Shown piece after piece: positions 25,823-38,781 of a stretch of DNA of 64,000 bases. The DNA comes from Phyllobates terribilis (lineage: Eukaryota), in assembly GCF_046119375.1 (NCBI RefSeq), contig NW_027362764.1, positions 442,308,001 through 442,372,000 on the forward strand. Reading direction: 5' to 3'. The position numbers and the translations under genes were made by a program. The notes under the pieces are model-generated. The model ran no database searches, was not told the origin of the DNA, and saw only the letters and a program-made list of their open reading frames with translations. Numbering within the stretch: the first letter of the stretch is position 1; each line of letters opens with the position of its first letter.

Positions 25823-26789
25823 GGTAACGGATGTAGTGATATATTTCCTGTTAAGGGCACGGTTGCAACAAACTTTATTAAGATGAAATGCAACCGAACC
25901 CAGGGTCCACGATGCAGCCTAGAATACTGTGGCCGAACACCCACCGGGTAAGAGTGTAAAACAACCAACTTAAAGTGTAAATCCCTCCAGTATTATTACA
26001 CACCTGGACGGGAAAAGGATTCGAACTATCTCCGTTAACTACATGGGAGATGTGCGACAAATAATGTAGCTGTAGCTCTGTTGACAGCACAGAGGCTACG
26101 CAGCAGGGGTTAGGATGTGTGAGTGATTCACACTGGAGTGTACGTACTCCCAGCCGGTGTGTGACCGGTCTGCGGAGTAACTCTCCAAGTGGCTAACAGG
26201 CGGTGCCAGGGATACAGAACCCGCAGTCTGCTCGGGGTGTATAGCATCCCCCTTGCCGGAGCCAGACTGCCAAACGGGAACTACCTGCCACCCCCCACTA
26301 AGCCTGCCTGAGCGACCTATGCTAATCAGCCGAGCAAACTCTGGCATCGGCAGGTCACGGAGAGAGCAGTTAGAAAGCACGTGGAGCCCAGACAGACAAG
26401 AGTCCACACATGTACACAACCTAGATGGAATGATCAGAGTGCACCGCCATGCTTGTGGGTGGGCTATTTAAAGACTAAGCCCTGCCCACAGTCGCATTAT
26501 TGGTCGCACTACTGATGACGTCACCCACGGCCAATCAGGCAGTGCCAGGTCATCGGATCAGCTGACACCAAACCACCAATCACGGTCCGCCATGTCACGG
26601 GCATGCTCAGTGCAGTGCATCCTGGACTTAGGCTGTAGTACCCCTGTTCCCCTCTGCAACCTATGCTTAACACTACTAGGAACAAAGATCCAACAGACAA
26701 CTTGTACATCTCGTGCACTAGCTAGGTGTTGGGACCGACAGTGATGCTGAGCAGCATCTGCCCCAGCTGGACCTGAATGGGAGACCACA
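25823..26789 (-). mobile_element. Probable solo LTR inside L1
   Basis: (T>G)GTAAC...CCACA ends with an imperfect 4-bp TSD GAAC/GAAT. Minus-strand CCAAT, TGACGTCA, TTTAAATA and AATAAA occur in LTR order. Confidence 0.55.
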
Positions 26790-28553
26790 GAATCCACTGA
26801 CGATTCTGATCTAATTTCAGATCAAGCAAACGCCGGAAGCCTAACATTTCAAATGCCCATATTTTCCATCATATGTTTTATGTCTTTTCAGAATTCTTGG
26901 ATTTTAAGGGAGCTCTATAGTCCATTTAACAAATCTAAATCCCAAAGTTTATATTTTGGGCAATGTGTCAGACGGTATCTCATTGTTCTAGATATTGGTA
27001 TGTTGAAGTCTAATATTGCTCTATGCATAATCGGGTGTCTCTCAAAACTTCACTCAAAATGTTTATTTGTATTTCCTGCCAGCCTGACAATATTTTTTCC
27101 CCAACATTCTCTCCCTCTATTTGTCTAGGCCTAAATATTTGTTCTATGTCTATTTTACCAAGAATATATTTTAGATCTCTGTATAGTGTGGATATATTGT
27201 GTGCGCCTGCTCAGTCAAATAATAGATTATCCATTATGTTTCTTTAAGTTTCTTCTCTCAATATTATCAAATGTGTAATAAGAATTGCTTTGACTAGCCC
27301 AAAATGTAGGAATTGTTGCTCACTTAACTTGAATTTTTATATCATCTCCCTAGTCAGCCACCTATTTTCTTCTTCATGTAGTAGATTAGCTATTTTATGA
27401 ATTCCCTTTGCTTTCCATTCAATAAGTTTGTTCTTTCTTAATTGTCAGAACACTGGGTTTCCCCACAGGGGTAATATGATAGCTTTAATTTTCTCCTAAG
27501 TTTTGCCATGTTGCTATCATGTCCCAGTATATTATTGAATGTTTAATTTTTTTTAGGTGTTAGGCTTTGTGACTTGTGTAATAAAGCAACTAGATTCCAT
27601 GGGCATGTATATGTATGTAGGTGAATACTAGCTAACTGGTTAGGTGAGTCCTAACTAATAAGCTCAAAAGCTAATTTTTCCAACTGTCTAGTTCCTGTTG
27701 GATTTTAGTAATGACTAGGGGGAAATAGAGATTATATACTGACTCCGGTTTTCTACCCAGCTTGATACCCAAATAGGTTATATGTGTTTTAGCTATTAGA
27801 ATATCGCATATTTCTTTTCCCACTGTACTACTCCTGTCCTTTTCTGCCAAATGGAGAATTTTGCATTTGCTTTTATTGAAGATGAAGCCAGAAAATCTAC
27901 CAAAGATCTCCATGAGATCCAAGACTTCTGGCAAATCATTTACACATCAGCCGTGTAGAGTATTAAGTCGTTTGCAAAGTATGTGGCCCTAAGCTTCATG
28001 CCCCCTTTTGGTATCCCTTCAAATACTTCATTTTATTCTAGGTATAGCGCCAGGGGTTCCATTGCAAGGTCAAATGTAAGTGGCGACAAAGGGCACTCCT
28101 GACGCATTCCTTTTTCAAGTAATAAACTTATTGAGAGATGTCCGGGGGTTTGAATTCTTGCCAATGGGTTAGTATACAGGGCTTTTATAAAGTTTCTAAA
28201 GTTTCCCATCAGCCCAACTTGGTCCACAAGATGTCTTACCCAATTCCACTTCACCTTGTCGAATGCCTTCTTTACAACTAATATAACCAGTGCCAGCCTA
28301 CCTTGCCTGTTCTCTCCATTATTTATTGTGTCTGTGGCTAATAATGTACATCTTACATTCGTGACCCATGTCCCATCCTTCACAAAGCCCACCTGTGATG
28401 GTGGTACTAATGTTGGGAGTATCTCTGCCAACCTGTTTGCCATAAGTTTGTATATTATTTTAGTATCTTGATTTATCAGGAATATAAGTCTATAAGATGC
28501 TGGGTCCTCTGTATTTTCCCCTCTTTTGGTACCAGGCTGATATGAGCTATGTA

Positions 28554-29728
28554 CAGGTGCATTTTACTAAATTAGAATATCATCAAAAAGTCAATTTATT
28601 TAAGTTCTTCAATGCAAAAAGTGAAACTCATATATTATATAGAGTCATTACACACAGACTGATCTATTTCAATTGTTTATTTCTGTTAATGTTGATGATT
28701 ATGGCTTATAGCCAAAGAAAACACAAAAGTCAATATCTCAATAAATTAGAATACTTTATAACAATAGCTTGAAAAATGGTTTTAAAATCCGAAATGTTGG
28801 ACTACTGAAAGGTATGTTCCGTAAATGCACTCAGTACTTGGTCGGGGCTCCTTTTGCATCAATTGCTGCATCAAAGTGGTGTGACATGGAGGCGATCAAC
28901 CTGTGGCACTTCTGAGGTGTTATGGAAGCCCAGGTTGCTTTGATAGCAGCCTTCAGCTTGTCTGCATTGCTGGGTCTGGTGTCTCTCATCTTCCTCTTGA
29001 CAATACCCCATAAATTCTCTATAAAGTTAAGGTCAGGCGAGTTTCCTGGATAATCAAGCAAAGTGATACTGTTGTTTTAAACCAGGTATTGTTACTTTTG
29101 GCAGTGTGGACAGGTGCCAAGTCCTGCTGGAGAATGAAATTTCCATCTCCTAAAAGCTTGTCAGCAAGAGGGAAGCACTAAGTGTTCTAAAATTTCCTGG
29201 TAGACGGCTGCGCTGACTTTGGTCTTGATAAAACACAGTGGACCTACACCAGCAGATGACATGGCTCACTAAACCATCACTGATTGTGGAAACTTCACGC
29301 TAGACCTCAAGCAGCTTGGTTTGTGTGCCTCTCCACTCTTCCTCCAGACTCTGGGACCTTGATTTCCAAATGAAATGCAAAATTTACTTTGTATTTACTT
29401 AGTGTCAATGACTGTCTTCTCGACATCTGTCAAGTCAGCCATCTTCCCCACGATTGTGGAGTCTACTGAAACAGAATAAGGGACCTTTTTAAATGCTTAG
29501 GAAGCATTAGCAGGTGTTTTTTGTTAATTATTCCAATTTACTGAGATAATGACTTTTGTGTTTTCAATGGCTGTGAGCCATAATCATCAACATTAAGAGA
29601 AATGAACACTTGAAATAGATCACTCTGTTTGTAATGACTCTATATAATATATGAGTTTCACATTTTGTATTGAAGAACTAAAATAAATTAACTTTTTGAT
29701 GATATTCTAATTTAGTGAGATGCACCTG
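28554..29728 (-). mobile_element. Internally deleted Tc1 DD34E inside L1 ORF2
   Basis: TA-CAGGTGCAT...ATGCACCTG-TA ends. C-terminal QQDLAP...NSPDLNFIE with 34 spacing. The L1 reading frame resumes on both sides. Confidence 0.92.
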
Positions 29729-32700
29729 TAAGTTACTGCCATCATGTTCTCACCTTGCAATAGTTTGTTATACCATTCAGTCAGAGTATGAGTAATTTGT
29801 TGGGTCATGATCTTAAAAAAGTCACCCATGAATCCATCCGGGTCCGGTGCTTTTCCAGCTGGCAAACCATCAATAATGTTTGTGAAGATTGAGGTTGTGG
29901 GCGGGTTAATGGTACAACAATATTTTATTCCTTACATCCATGGTTTTACAACAACTCCAGGTAAAATGGCCAAACTACAATGCTCTCAATCCACAAGTTC
30001 CCAACACCGGATCGGTAGTTCCACTGACCCTGTACCAGTCGAAACTCACTATCTCCCAACTTTTGGTTGGCCCACAGATTTTGTATCTCCCACCAGTATA
30101 GACTGTAGCCACACTCCACGCTCCTGCAGATGACAGATAACATGTCCAAACCCATGTATTGAGCAGCAGTAGCCCTTAATAAAGTTAATCAAATCCAGAT
30201 GACTGATCCCACAACTGTAGAATTTTTATCCTGCCCAGTTGGCACCAATCTCAAAACTCCATTGGCAATCCATCCATGGGCTTCAGGACCTCAGCCTAGA
30301 CCCTTTCCCTTTGATGACACTCTCCCAACTCCCTGACTAAAACATGTGGTTTCTTCCTCACTCCCTGGGATCAGCCCCCTGAATGGGCAGAAGTTTTCAC
30401 ACCTCTCCCTTAAATATTTGCATTTAGATCAAAGAATGGAGATTATTCCAGAAGTCCATCACCTGGGATTGCATGTGAGACCCCCTGTGGTGATGGCTCC
30501 CCTGAGTCTACTATCCTCATCCATACAATGGGCCTAGTGGCTGGGAGAACAATGGCTTGAGACCCTGAGATACTGATGAGATTAATGGAATTATTGTTTT
30601 ACATTTACCATTAGCAATCTACTGTCTAACCTTATGTCTGCATAAGATCCAGCCTGCATGCCTTCCTCTGCTTACTGTCACTGAATGGAAACATTGATTC
30701 CTGAGGCTGAACTGGCAAGCAAGCGAATGTCTAATAAAACACAGCAATAAGATTGACATAACCGGTGCTCCATGCTGGAAAAAGTCTTTTAGAACAAGCC
30801 AGCTCCTCACAGGGCTCTTCACTTGTTCCTCTATAACAGGAGTGTTTAGCATATGTAATTGTGACTCTGTGACATTAGGCATTTTAATTTTTTCTAAAAA
30901 ATTTCCACCTCTGTCCAGCATCTCCTAAAAATATAGGTTTGCATAAAATTCCCGCAGGATTGAGCTTATATCCCTGGGATTATTTAATATTAGACTATCT
31001 CCATTTTTAAGTTTTAAGATATTTATCTTTCCCCTTCAGCCCTTTGTCAAATTTGCTAATAGCCTCCCTGCTTTATTTCCATATTCAATTTCCATTTGTG
31101 TCTCCCTAAATAATTCTATTTTTTTCTGCCCATTCATCTAAATCACTTTTGGCCTTCTTTCATTCTTCTCTAGCTTTTTTGTAGCTAAAAGACTACATAT
31201 TTTTCCTTAGCTTTTTACTAAATTCCTCATAATTAATGTTCTTTTTTTTTTCTTTAATGTATGCACATACTCTATTAATTTCCCTCTCAAGACCGTTTTT
31301 CCTGCTTTCTAATATGTTTGTGGTTTCAGATCAACCATCAATTTATGATAAGAATATTCCTCCCACCATTGCTGCAGTACCACTTTAGTTGTTTGTCTCT
31401 AAGGAGAAACATTGGGAATCTCCATATGTAATCCGTTCCCTTTGGGTACTGCTTGAGCAAATTTAAAGATACTGGAGAATGATCCGAGATCATCATTTCC
31501 TCAATTCTCGTCTCTTTACATCTATCTAGTAGCTCTCTAATCACCAGTAAATAGTCAATTCTGGACCAAGTTTGATGTGGGTAGGAAAAGTGTGTGAATT
31601 CATTGGTTGATTCCTCTCTGCAGACATCTGACAAGTTCATATCCTTCATTAGCTCTGCCAATAGAGTTGATTTTCCACTGATTTTTCTTTTGTCCCCTCT
31701 ATTTTCAGTCATTCTTCCTCTATGGAACGTGTGTTGTTGAAATCTCCTCCTATTAACATTTTTTTAGCTGTGTTTTGCAGTAAATTAGTATGTAATTATT
31801 CAAAAAAAGGTTTTTGGTTTGAGTTGGGTGCGTATACATTGATTATGCATATTTCCCCATTATTTCCTTCTAGTCTTAGCATTATGCACCTCCCTATGTA
31901 TCCTTTTACACCTGCTTTACCGTGTAGGGTAGATTTTTGTGTAGCAATGTTTGGACTCTTGCCTTTCTTCCCTCCCCTTCTTCCACCCACATTTTTTTCA
32001 TCCTAAACATGTCTTCATTTCTCAAATGCATTTCCTGCAATAGTACAATATCTGCTTTTAGATTCTTTAAGTGCCACAGAGCTATCATTCTTTTTGTCGG
32101 GGCTCTAAGTCCCCTTATATTCCATGATATAATGTGCATATTATGATATTTTCACTTCTAGGATATACATTGGGTGCCCACACCCGTTGTATCTCCTTCC
32201 TTTCTGTCTTTTACTGTGCTCTTGCATGTCTCCCTCCCTGAACAAAAACCAAATTAACAAGCCAGCGCCGGAACCGGAAGTATTCCACACTGATGTTTTA
32301 TAAAAGGGCTGGACGTCCAATCTTCATTAGAATTCATTCAAAGGTGTTGATAGGGTTGAGGACAGGGCTCTATGAGGGTCAAATAAATTCTTCCACACAA
32401 AACCCGCTCAATAATGCATTCAAGAAACTTGCTTTGTACAATCTGGCGCAATCATGCTGGAACAGAAAATTGTCTTCTCCAAACTCTTCAAAAAAAATTA
32501 GATGAATACAATTTTCCCAAAATATCTTGCTATGCTGAGGCATTAAGATTTCTCCTTACTGGAATTAAGGGGCCAAAGCAAAGCACTGAAAACAATGCAT
32601 AATCTTTTTCCTCCCCTTACTAAAATTTACAGTTAACACAATGCAGTCAGGCTGAAAATGTTCTATTGGCATTTTCCAGACCCAAATGGTTCAGTAAAAC

Positions 32701-33328
32701 TTCCGGTTGATTCCTTAGTCTAAGTAACACATTTAGAGTGCTACAGAATCCAGTGTCAGCAAGCATCGTACTTTGTTATGTAAGGTTTGCATGCAGCTGC
32801 TTACCCATGTAAACCCATGCCATGAAACTCATGGTGTACAGTTTTTCTGCTGATGTTAATGCTAGGAGAGCTGGAATTCTGCAGTTGTTGAGTCAGCAGT
32901 GTTTTTTTTTTACTTCTTAGTTATTGAGCCATCAGAGCATTGGTAACTTTTATGCACTATGCACCTCACTGCCATATCTACCAAATCATGGCTAAGTTGC
33001 AATTTGTCCTAAATAATTTTACTTTCCAAAGAAAATCAGTAACAGTTAATCATGAAATACTTAAAAGAGAGGAAATGGTGCAATCATGTGATTACAGTGC
33101 CACGCTTGGAGTCAGTGAGCTCTTTAAAATGTCCCATTATTTAACAAATGTTTGTAAAGGCAGTTTTTTTTATGCAGTTGTGGCAAAGGAACTGAATTAA
33201 AAACCTGAAGCACACACACACATATATTTAACAGTTACAAAAAATACTAAAAAAAAACAAAAGAAACAAAATGCAAACTGAATCAACAGAAGAGAAATCT
33301 ACGTCAAGTCAGTAATTGATGTGACCAT

Positions 33329-36261
33329 TAGTGTTGAGCGAACATGCTCGACACTGCTCGGTACTCGCCCGAGCATCACGCTACTCGAGATGTTCGGCGA
33401 GCATCGAGCATTTCCGGGTTACTCGTGCGGGAGCTCGGGTCTCCGCCCTGCACGTTTGGTGCTCTTTACAGAGCCAATGAACATGCAGGGATTGCCAGCC
33501 AGTCACTGTAATGCCGCAGCCATGTTGTTTGTGGGCATTACAGTGATTGGCTGGCCGCACAGCGTCACCTCCCAGACGATCAGCCCATCATGATTGGTGT
33601 GTGTGGGTGTCTGTGCGTGTGTCTGCGAGTGTGTGCGATGTCTGCGGGTGTGTGCGGTGTCTGTGCGATGTCTGCGAGTGTGTGCGGTGTCTGTGCGATG
33701 TCTGCGAGTGTGTGCGGTGTCTGTGCGATGTCTGCGAGTGTGTGCGGTGTCTGTGCGATGTCTGCGAGTGTGTGCGGTGTCTGTGCGATGTGTGCGGGAT
33801 GTGTGCGGGTGTGTGCGTGCAGGCAGACATAGGCCGATGTGACACTACTACTCCCATCGACCTATGTCTGTCCCCCGTCCACTCGTGCCAGCAGATTCAG
33901 CTCGATGGGAGCAGTAGTTCCCATCAGCCTGATCCTGCTATATAAATTGCCCTACTGTGTCTCCAATAAATTTTAAATACATGTCATTGGTGGCCAGTGG
34001 TTGCCTACAATAAATTAGCTCATGCATTACCTGTCCCCGCCGATCGCCACCTAAAATAAAGTAAAAAATAAAAAACTACACCTATACTCACCTAGACACC
34101 TAATTCCCCGAAGCCATCGATCTCCTGTAATAAAATATAAAATAATAAACCACAACCTTATCCTTACCCCTCCGTAGTAGTCCACGAGTGTCCCACGAAG
34201 ATCTCCAGTTTAGAGCAGCCACATAGAATGTGACCGCTCTGAACCGCTGCCGCCGCTAGAATGATGGGGCCGTAAGGGTTTGCCGGAGTTCAGGCAGCGC
34301 TGCTCCGGTTAGCTCCTTTACGGCCCTGCTGTATCGTGAGAAATTCCCATGGTACAGCAGCGCCGTAAAGGAGGTCTCCGGAGCTGCACTGCTTGAATGC
34401 ACTCCGGTGACCTCAGTCAGTGGCTCCCGCTGCCGGGATCGGACGTGTTCCCGGCAGCGTGAGCTTAAAGCAGCCATGCACAGCTGTCACCATCTCCAGA
34501 TGTGACAGCTGTGCATGGGAGATCAGCGCAGGAACGTGGACAGGTAACTATTTTTTTTAGTAAACTAAGAATTAAATAAAATTGTGTGTTTTATTTCAAA
34601 TAAATTATTTTTTTCTGGGTGTAGTGTGTGTTTTTTCTTTTTAACACTTTGTAGGTTAGTAATGGGGGTGTCTTATAGACGCCCATCATTACTAACCTGG
34701 GCTTCATAGCAGCTGGCGCTGACATGAACCCCAACCCTATTACCCCCTGCCACCGCACCAGGGCAGCGTGGAAGAGCGAGGCTAAGTGCCAGAGTTGGCG
34801 CATCCTATGGATGTGCCATTTCTGGGGCGGCTGACGGCTGGTGTTTCTAGCCTGGGAGGGGGCCAATATTCATGGCACCCTTCCTGGGCTATTAATATCA
34901 GCCCCCAGCTGTCTGCCTAGCCTTTGCTAGCTATTAATTAGGGGGTACCCCACATCATTTTTTTTTAGGGGTCCCCCATTTTAATAGCTAGTAAAGGCTA
35001 GGTATTCAGCTGGGGGCTCATATTAGTAGTCTGGGAAGCTTCGTGGGTATTACCCACTTCCCAGGCTTCAAACATCTGCCCCAGCCGTCTGCTTAACCTC
35101 CGCTAGAGACTAAAATTATGGGGGATCCCCACGCCAATTTTTTTTTAAATAAATCCTTTATTTTAACGCTAAATGACATTTGAGGAGTTAATAAAGATGC
35201 AGTCCCTAAATTATTATTTATTTTTTAATTAATTTTTCCCAAAAATTTTGACGTGGGCTTTGCCATATTTTTGTATGCCAGCCAGGTACAGCATCCAGCT
35301 TCTATGAACGCGCCATTTTCCGGGGTGGCTGCGGACTGCAATTTGCACCGGGGGGGGGCAGAAAGCTTGGGCCTCCCTGCACTGCAGATTCCATCCCCCT
35401 GCTGCCTAGTTGTACCTGGCTGGACACACAAATAGGGAGAAGCCCCACGTATTTTTTTTTTAAATTATTTCATGAAATTCATGAAATAATAAAGAAAAAA
35501 AGGGCTTCCCTATATTGTTGTGTCTGGCCAGGTACAAATAGGCAGCTGGAGGTTGGGCGCAGCCCGTTCCTGCCTGCTGTACCTGGCTGGACACAAATAT
35601 AGTGCGAAGCCCCAAGTCAATTTTTTTTTAATTATTTCAGGAAATTCTTTCTTGTCGGGTACCGGTGTATGCCGCTGATGAATTGCCGGCTTTTCGCGTA
35701 ATACATTCTACATTATTCTTAGTTGTTTTACTTCATGTAGAATTAACCTACAAGGAAAGAAAGGGTTTATTTTCATTCCGATATTTGTGTCCCATTGACT
35801 TGCATTGGTTTCCTGTATCGGAATCGGCGATATCCGATACTTTTTGGGTATCCGTCTGATCCAATCCGATACGATATTTCCTGATATCGGAAGGTATCAC
35901 TCAACACTATCCTTAACATATTTCACAGGAAAGCACTTTCACTTTCGTTTTTGAACGTTTTATTTTGAGCCTGTAAAAGTGTATTAATACCCCTGACCAC
36001 GTTGTTGACAGCAGTGACCTGGGGGTCAGAAATGCTTCCTGGGGCGATCCCCATGCTGTCCCCATGTCATTTGAGCACTGTCACTATCGTTTTGGGCACT
36101 TGTTAGGCTTTTAAAAGACTGCCGGGGGAGCCGCCGCAAAAAATGCTCGAGTCTCCCATAGACTAACATTGGGCTCGTTGCTCGGGTCGAGCACCCGAGT
36201 ATCACGGCGAGCTCGGCCCGAGCTTCGAGCACCCGAGCATTTTAGTGCTCGCTCAACACTA
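33329..36261. mobile_element. Non-autonomous hAT element (2.9 kb)
   Basis: Perfect TIR TAGTGTTGAGCGA and perfect 8-bp TSD GTGACCAT (33321-33328 / 36262-36269). CTCGAG/CGAGC subterminal motifs, no transposase. Confidence 0.95.
33600..33800. repeat. 30-bp VNTR (GTGTCTGTGCGATGTCTGCGAGTGTGTGCG), ~6 units
   Basis: Exact 30-bp period visible in lines 33661-33781. Confidence 0.95.
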
Positions 36262-37122
36262 GTGACCATCCTTTGCCTTCAAAATATCATAAAATTAGGG
36301 ATGTGACTGATTGGCTCCAAATTTATACTATAGCATGATATCAAGTCCAAACATACTGCCAATGTCATTAAGAACTATATTCAGAGTAAAGTAAAATAAA
36401 TAGTCCTTGAAAAAATCATTCATATAATACCATAGTCTGGGAGAATATGAAGAGACAGAAGGATTTGCTCAAGCCTTAATCCAACATATCTATGGTTAGT
36501 TCTTCAAGATGGTTGAAACAACCTTCCTGTCAAGATCCTTCAAAAACTGTTAGCATACCCAGAAGAATTGATTCATTTGATGATGTTTTAAAGACAAAGG
36601 ATGGTCACACCAAATGTTGATTTGATTTAGAGTTTTGTTTTGTTTATTCGCTTTGCGTTTGGTTACTTGTTAAAATAAAGTATTATCACTTCTATTTATT
36701 AAAGCATTCTAACATTGCAAAACATTTTCAAAATCATGAATACATATTATTTCAAAAATACATTAGCACATCCTAGTTGAGTGGAAAACTATTCTAAGGG
36801 TATTAACCTGAAGAAAGACACCACAGACAAATCTGAAATGTAACTGAGGTGAATGAATAAACAATATTTTTTTAACTTATTAGTCATGTTGTTATTGTGC
36901 TATCTTATTGGTTGTGTTGCCTTAAACTAGAGAAAAGCTAGGCGAAGAGACCTGAAGCATGGCCTAGTTGGTAGTATGTGACACCATCTTATTTTATTTT
37001 TGCCATTGTAAGATATGATACTGAGTTAATATATGTAAAGTGTACAGTACCCAATTAAGCAGCCTGCCACCTTTTTTGAATTAGAATACATATATATAGA
37101 TATATATATATATCTATATATA

Positions 37123-38751
37123 CAGTACAGACCAAAAGTTTGGACAGACCTTCTCATTTAAAGATTTTTCTGCATTTTCTTGACTATGAAAATTGTACAT
37201 TCACACTGAAGGCATCAAAATTATGAATTAACACATGTGAAATTATATACTTAACAAAAAAGTGTGAAACAACTGAAAATATGTCTTATATTCTAGGCTC
37301 TTTAAAGTAGCCACCTTTTGCATTGATGACTGCTTTGCACACTCTTGGCATTCTCTTGATGAGCTTCAAGAGGTAGTCACCGGAAATGGACTTCCAACAA
37401 TCTTGAAGAAGTTCCCAGAGATGCTTAGCACTTGTTGGCTCTTTTGCCTTCACTCTGCGGTCCAGCTCACCCCAGACCATCTCGATTGGGTAGAGATCTG
37501 GGGACTGTGGAGGCCAGGTCATCTGGTGTAGCACCCCATCACTCTTCTTCCTCATCAAATAGCCCTTACACAGCCTGGAGATGTGTTTGGGGTCATTGTC
37601 CTGTTGAAAAATAAATAATGGTCCAACTGAACGCAAACCTGTTGGAACAGCATGCCGCTGCAAGATGCTGTGGTAGCCATGCTGGTTCATTATGCCTTCA
37701 ATTTTGAATAAATCCTCAACAGTGTCACCAGCAAAGCACCCCCATACCATCACACCTCCTCCTCCATGCTTCACAGTGGGAACCAGGCATGTAGAGTCCA
37801 TCCGTTCACCTTTTCTGCGTCGCACAAAGACACGGTGGTTGGAACCAAAGATCTCAAATTTGGACTCATCAGACCAAAGCACAGATTTCCACTGGTCTAA
37901 TATCCATTCCTTGTGTTCTTTAGCCCAAACAAGTCTCTTCTGCTTGTTGCCTGTCCTTAGCAGTGGTTTCCTAGCAGCTATTTTACCATGAAGGCCTGCT
38001 GCACTAAGTCTCCTCTTAACAGTTGTTGTAGAGATGTGTCTGCTGCTAGAAATCTGTGTGGCATTGACCTGGTCCCTAATCTGAGCTGGTGTTAACCTGC
38101 GATTTCTGAGGCTGGTGACTCGGATAAACTTATCCTCAGAAGCAGAGGTGACTTTTGGTCTTCCTTTCCTGGGGCGGTCCTCATGTGAGCCAGTTTCTTT
38201 GCAGCAATTGATGGTTATTACAACTGCACTTGGGGACACTTTCAAAGTTTTCCCAATTTTTCGCACTGACTGACCTTCATTTCTTAAAGTAACGATGGCC
38301 ACTTGCTTTTCTTTACTTAGCTGCTTTTTTCTTGCCATAATACAAATTCTAACAGTCTATTCAGTAGGACTATCAGCTGTGTATGCACCTGACTTCTGCA
38401 CAACACAACTGATGGTGCCAACCCCATTTATAAGGCAAGAAATCCCACTTATTAAACCTGACAGGGCACACCTGTGAAGTGAAAACCATTTCTGGTGACT
38501 ACCTTTTGAAGCTCATCAAGAGAATGCCAAGAGTGTGCAAAGCAGTCATCAAAGAAAAAGGTGCTACTGTGAAGAACCTAGAATATAAGTCATATTTTCA
38601 GTTGTTTCACACTTTTTTGTTAAGTATATAATTCCACATGTGTTAATTCATAGTTTTGATGTCTTCAGTGTGAATGTAAAATTTTCATAGTCATGAAAAT
38701 ACAGAAAAATCTTTAAATGAGAAGGTGTGTCCAAACTTTTGGTCTGTACTG
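37123..38751 (-). mobile_element. Full-length Tc1-superfamily DD38E (Intruder-type) element
   Basis: TA-CAGTACAGACCAAAAGTTTGGAC...GTCCAAACTTTTGGTCTGTACTG-TA ends with ~265-bp TIRs. Confidence 0.96.
37286..38338 (-). CDS. DD38E Tc1-like transposase, uninterrupted 350 aa
   Basis: HTH N-terminus and GRPK linker. Catalytic motifs WSDESK, QQDNDPKH and SPDLYPIE, with 38 residues between the second D and E. Confidence 0.9.
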   Translation of the reverse strand: MARKKQLSKEKQVAIVTLRNEGQSVRKIGKTLKVSPSAVVITINCCKETGSHEDRPRKGRPKVTSASEDKFIRVTSLRNRRLTPAQIRDQVNATQISSSRHISTTTVKRRLSAAGLHGKIAARKPLLRTGNKQKRLVWAKEHKEWILDQWKSVLWSDESKFEIFGSNHRVFVRRRKGERMDSTCLVPTVKHGGGGVMVWGCFAGDTVEDLFKIEGIMNQHGYHSILQRHAVPTGLRSVGPLFIFQQDNDPKHISRLCKGYLMRKKSDGVLHQMTWPPQSPDLYPIEMVWGELDRRVKAKEPTSAKHLWELLQDCWKSISGDYLLKLIKRMPRVCKAVINAKGGYFKEPRI

Positions 38752-38781
38752 TATATATATATATATATATATATATATCTG

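Larger units (their letters stand above)
25114..32286 (-). mobile_element. L1-clade LINE, ORF2 decayed, ORF1 absent, carrying three nested insertions
   Basis: Poly(T) at 25114 and TSD ACACTGAT (25106-25113 / 32287-32294). APE endonuclease MHIISWNIRGL...LLQE, SRIDY, SDHSPV. RT-region motifs GKAPDPDG, KKAFDKV, RQECPLSP, YLGI. 5' terminus GGAATACTTCCGGTTCCGGCG. Confidence 0.9.
24905..33150 (-). mobile_element. Old Tc1 element hosting the L1 (own sequence ~24905-25113 and ~32287-33150)
   Basis: Tc1-like sequence continues across the L1 TSD, with SPVLNPINTF-like (SPDLNPIE) coding at ~32340-32370 minus. Outer ends are degenerate and approximate. Confidence 0.6.

Noticed and set aside
33547-33945. 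Cys-rich metallothionein-like ORFs (CDVCECVRCL)n
   Set aside because: They are translations of the 30-bp GT-rich VNTR inside a non-autonomous hAT.
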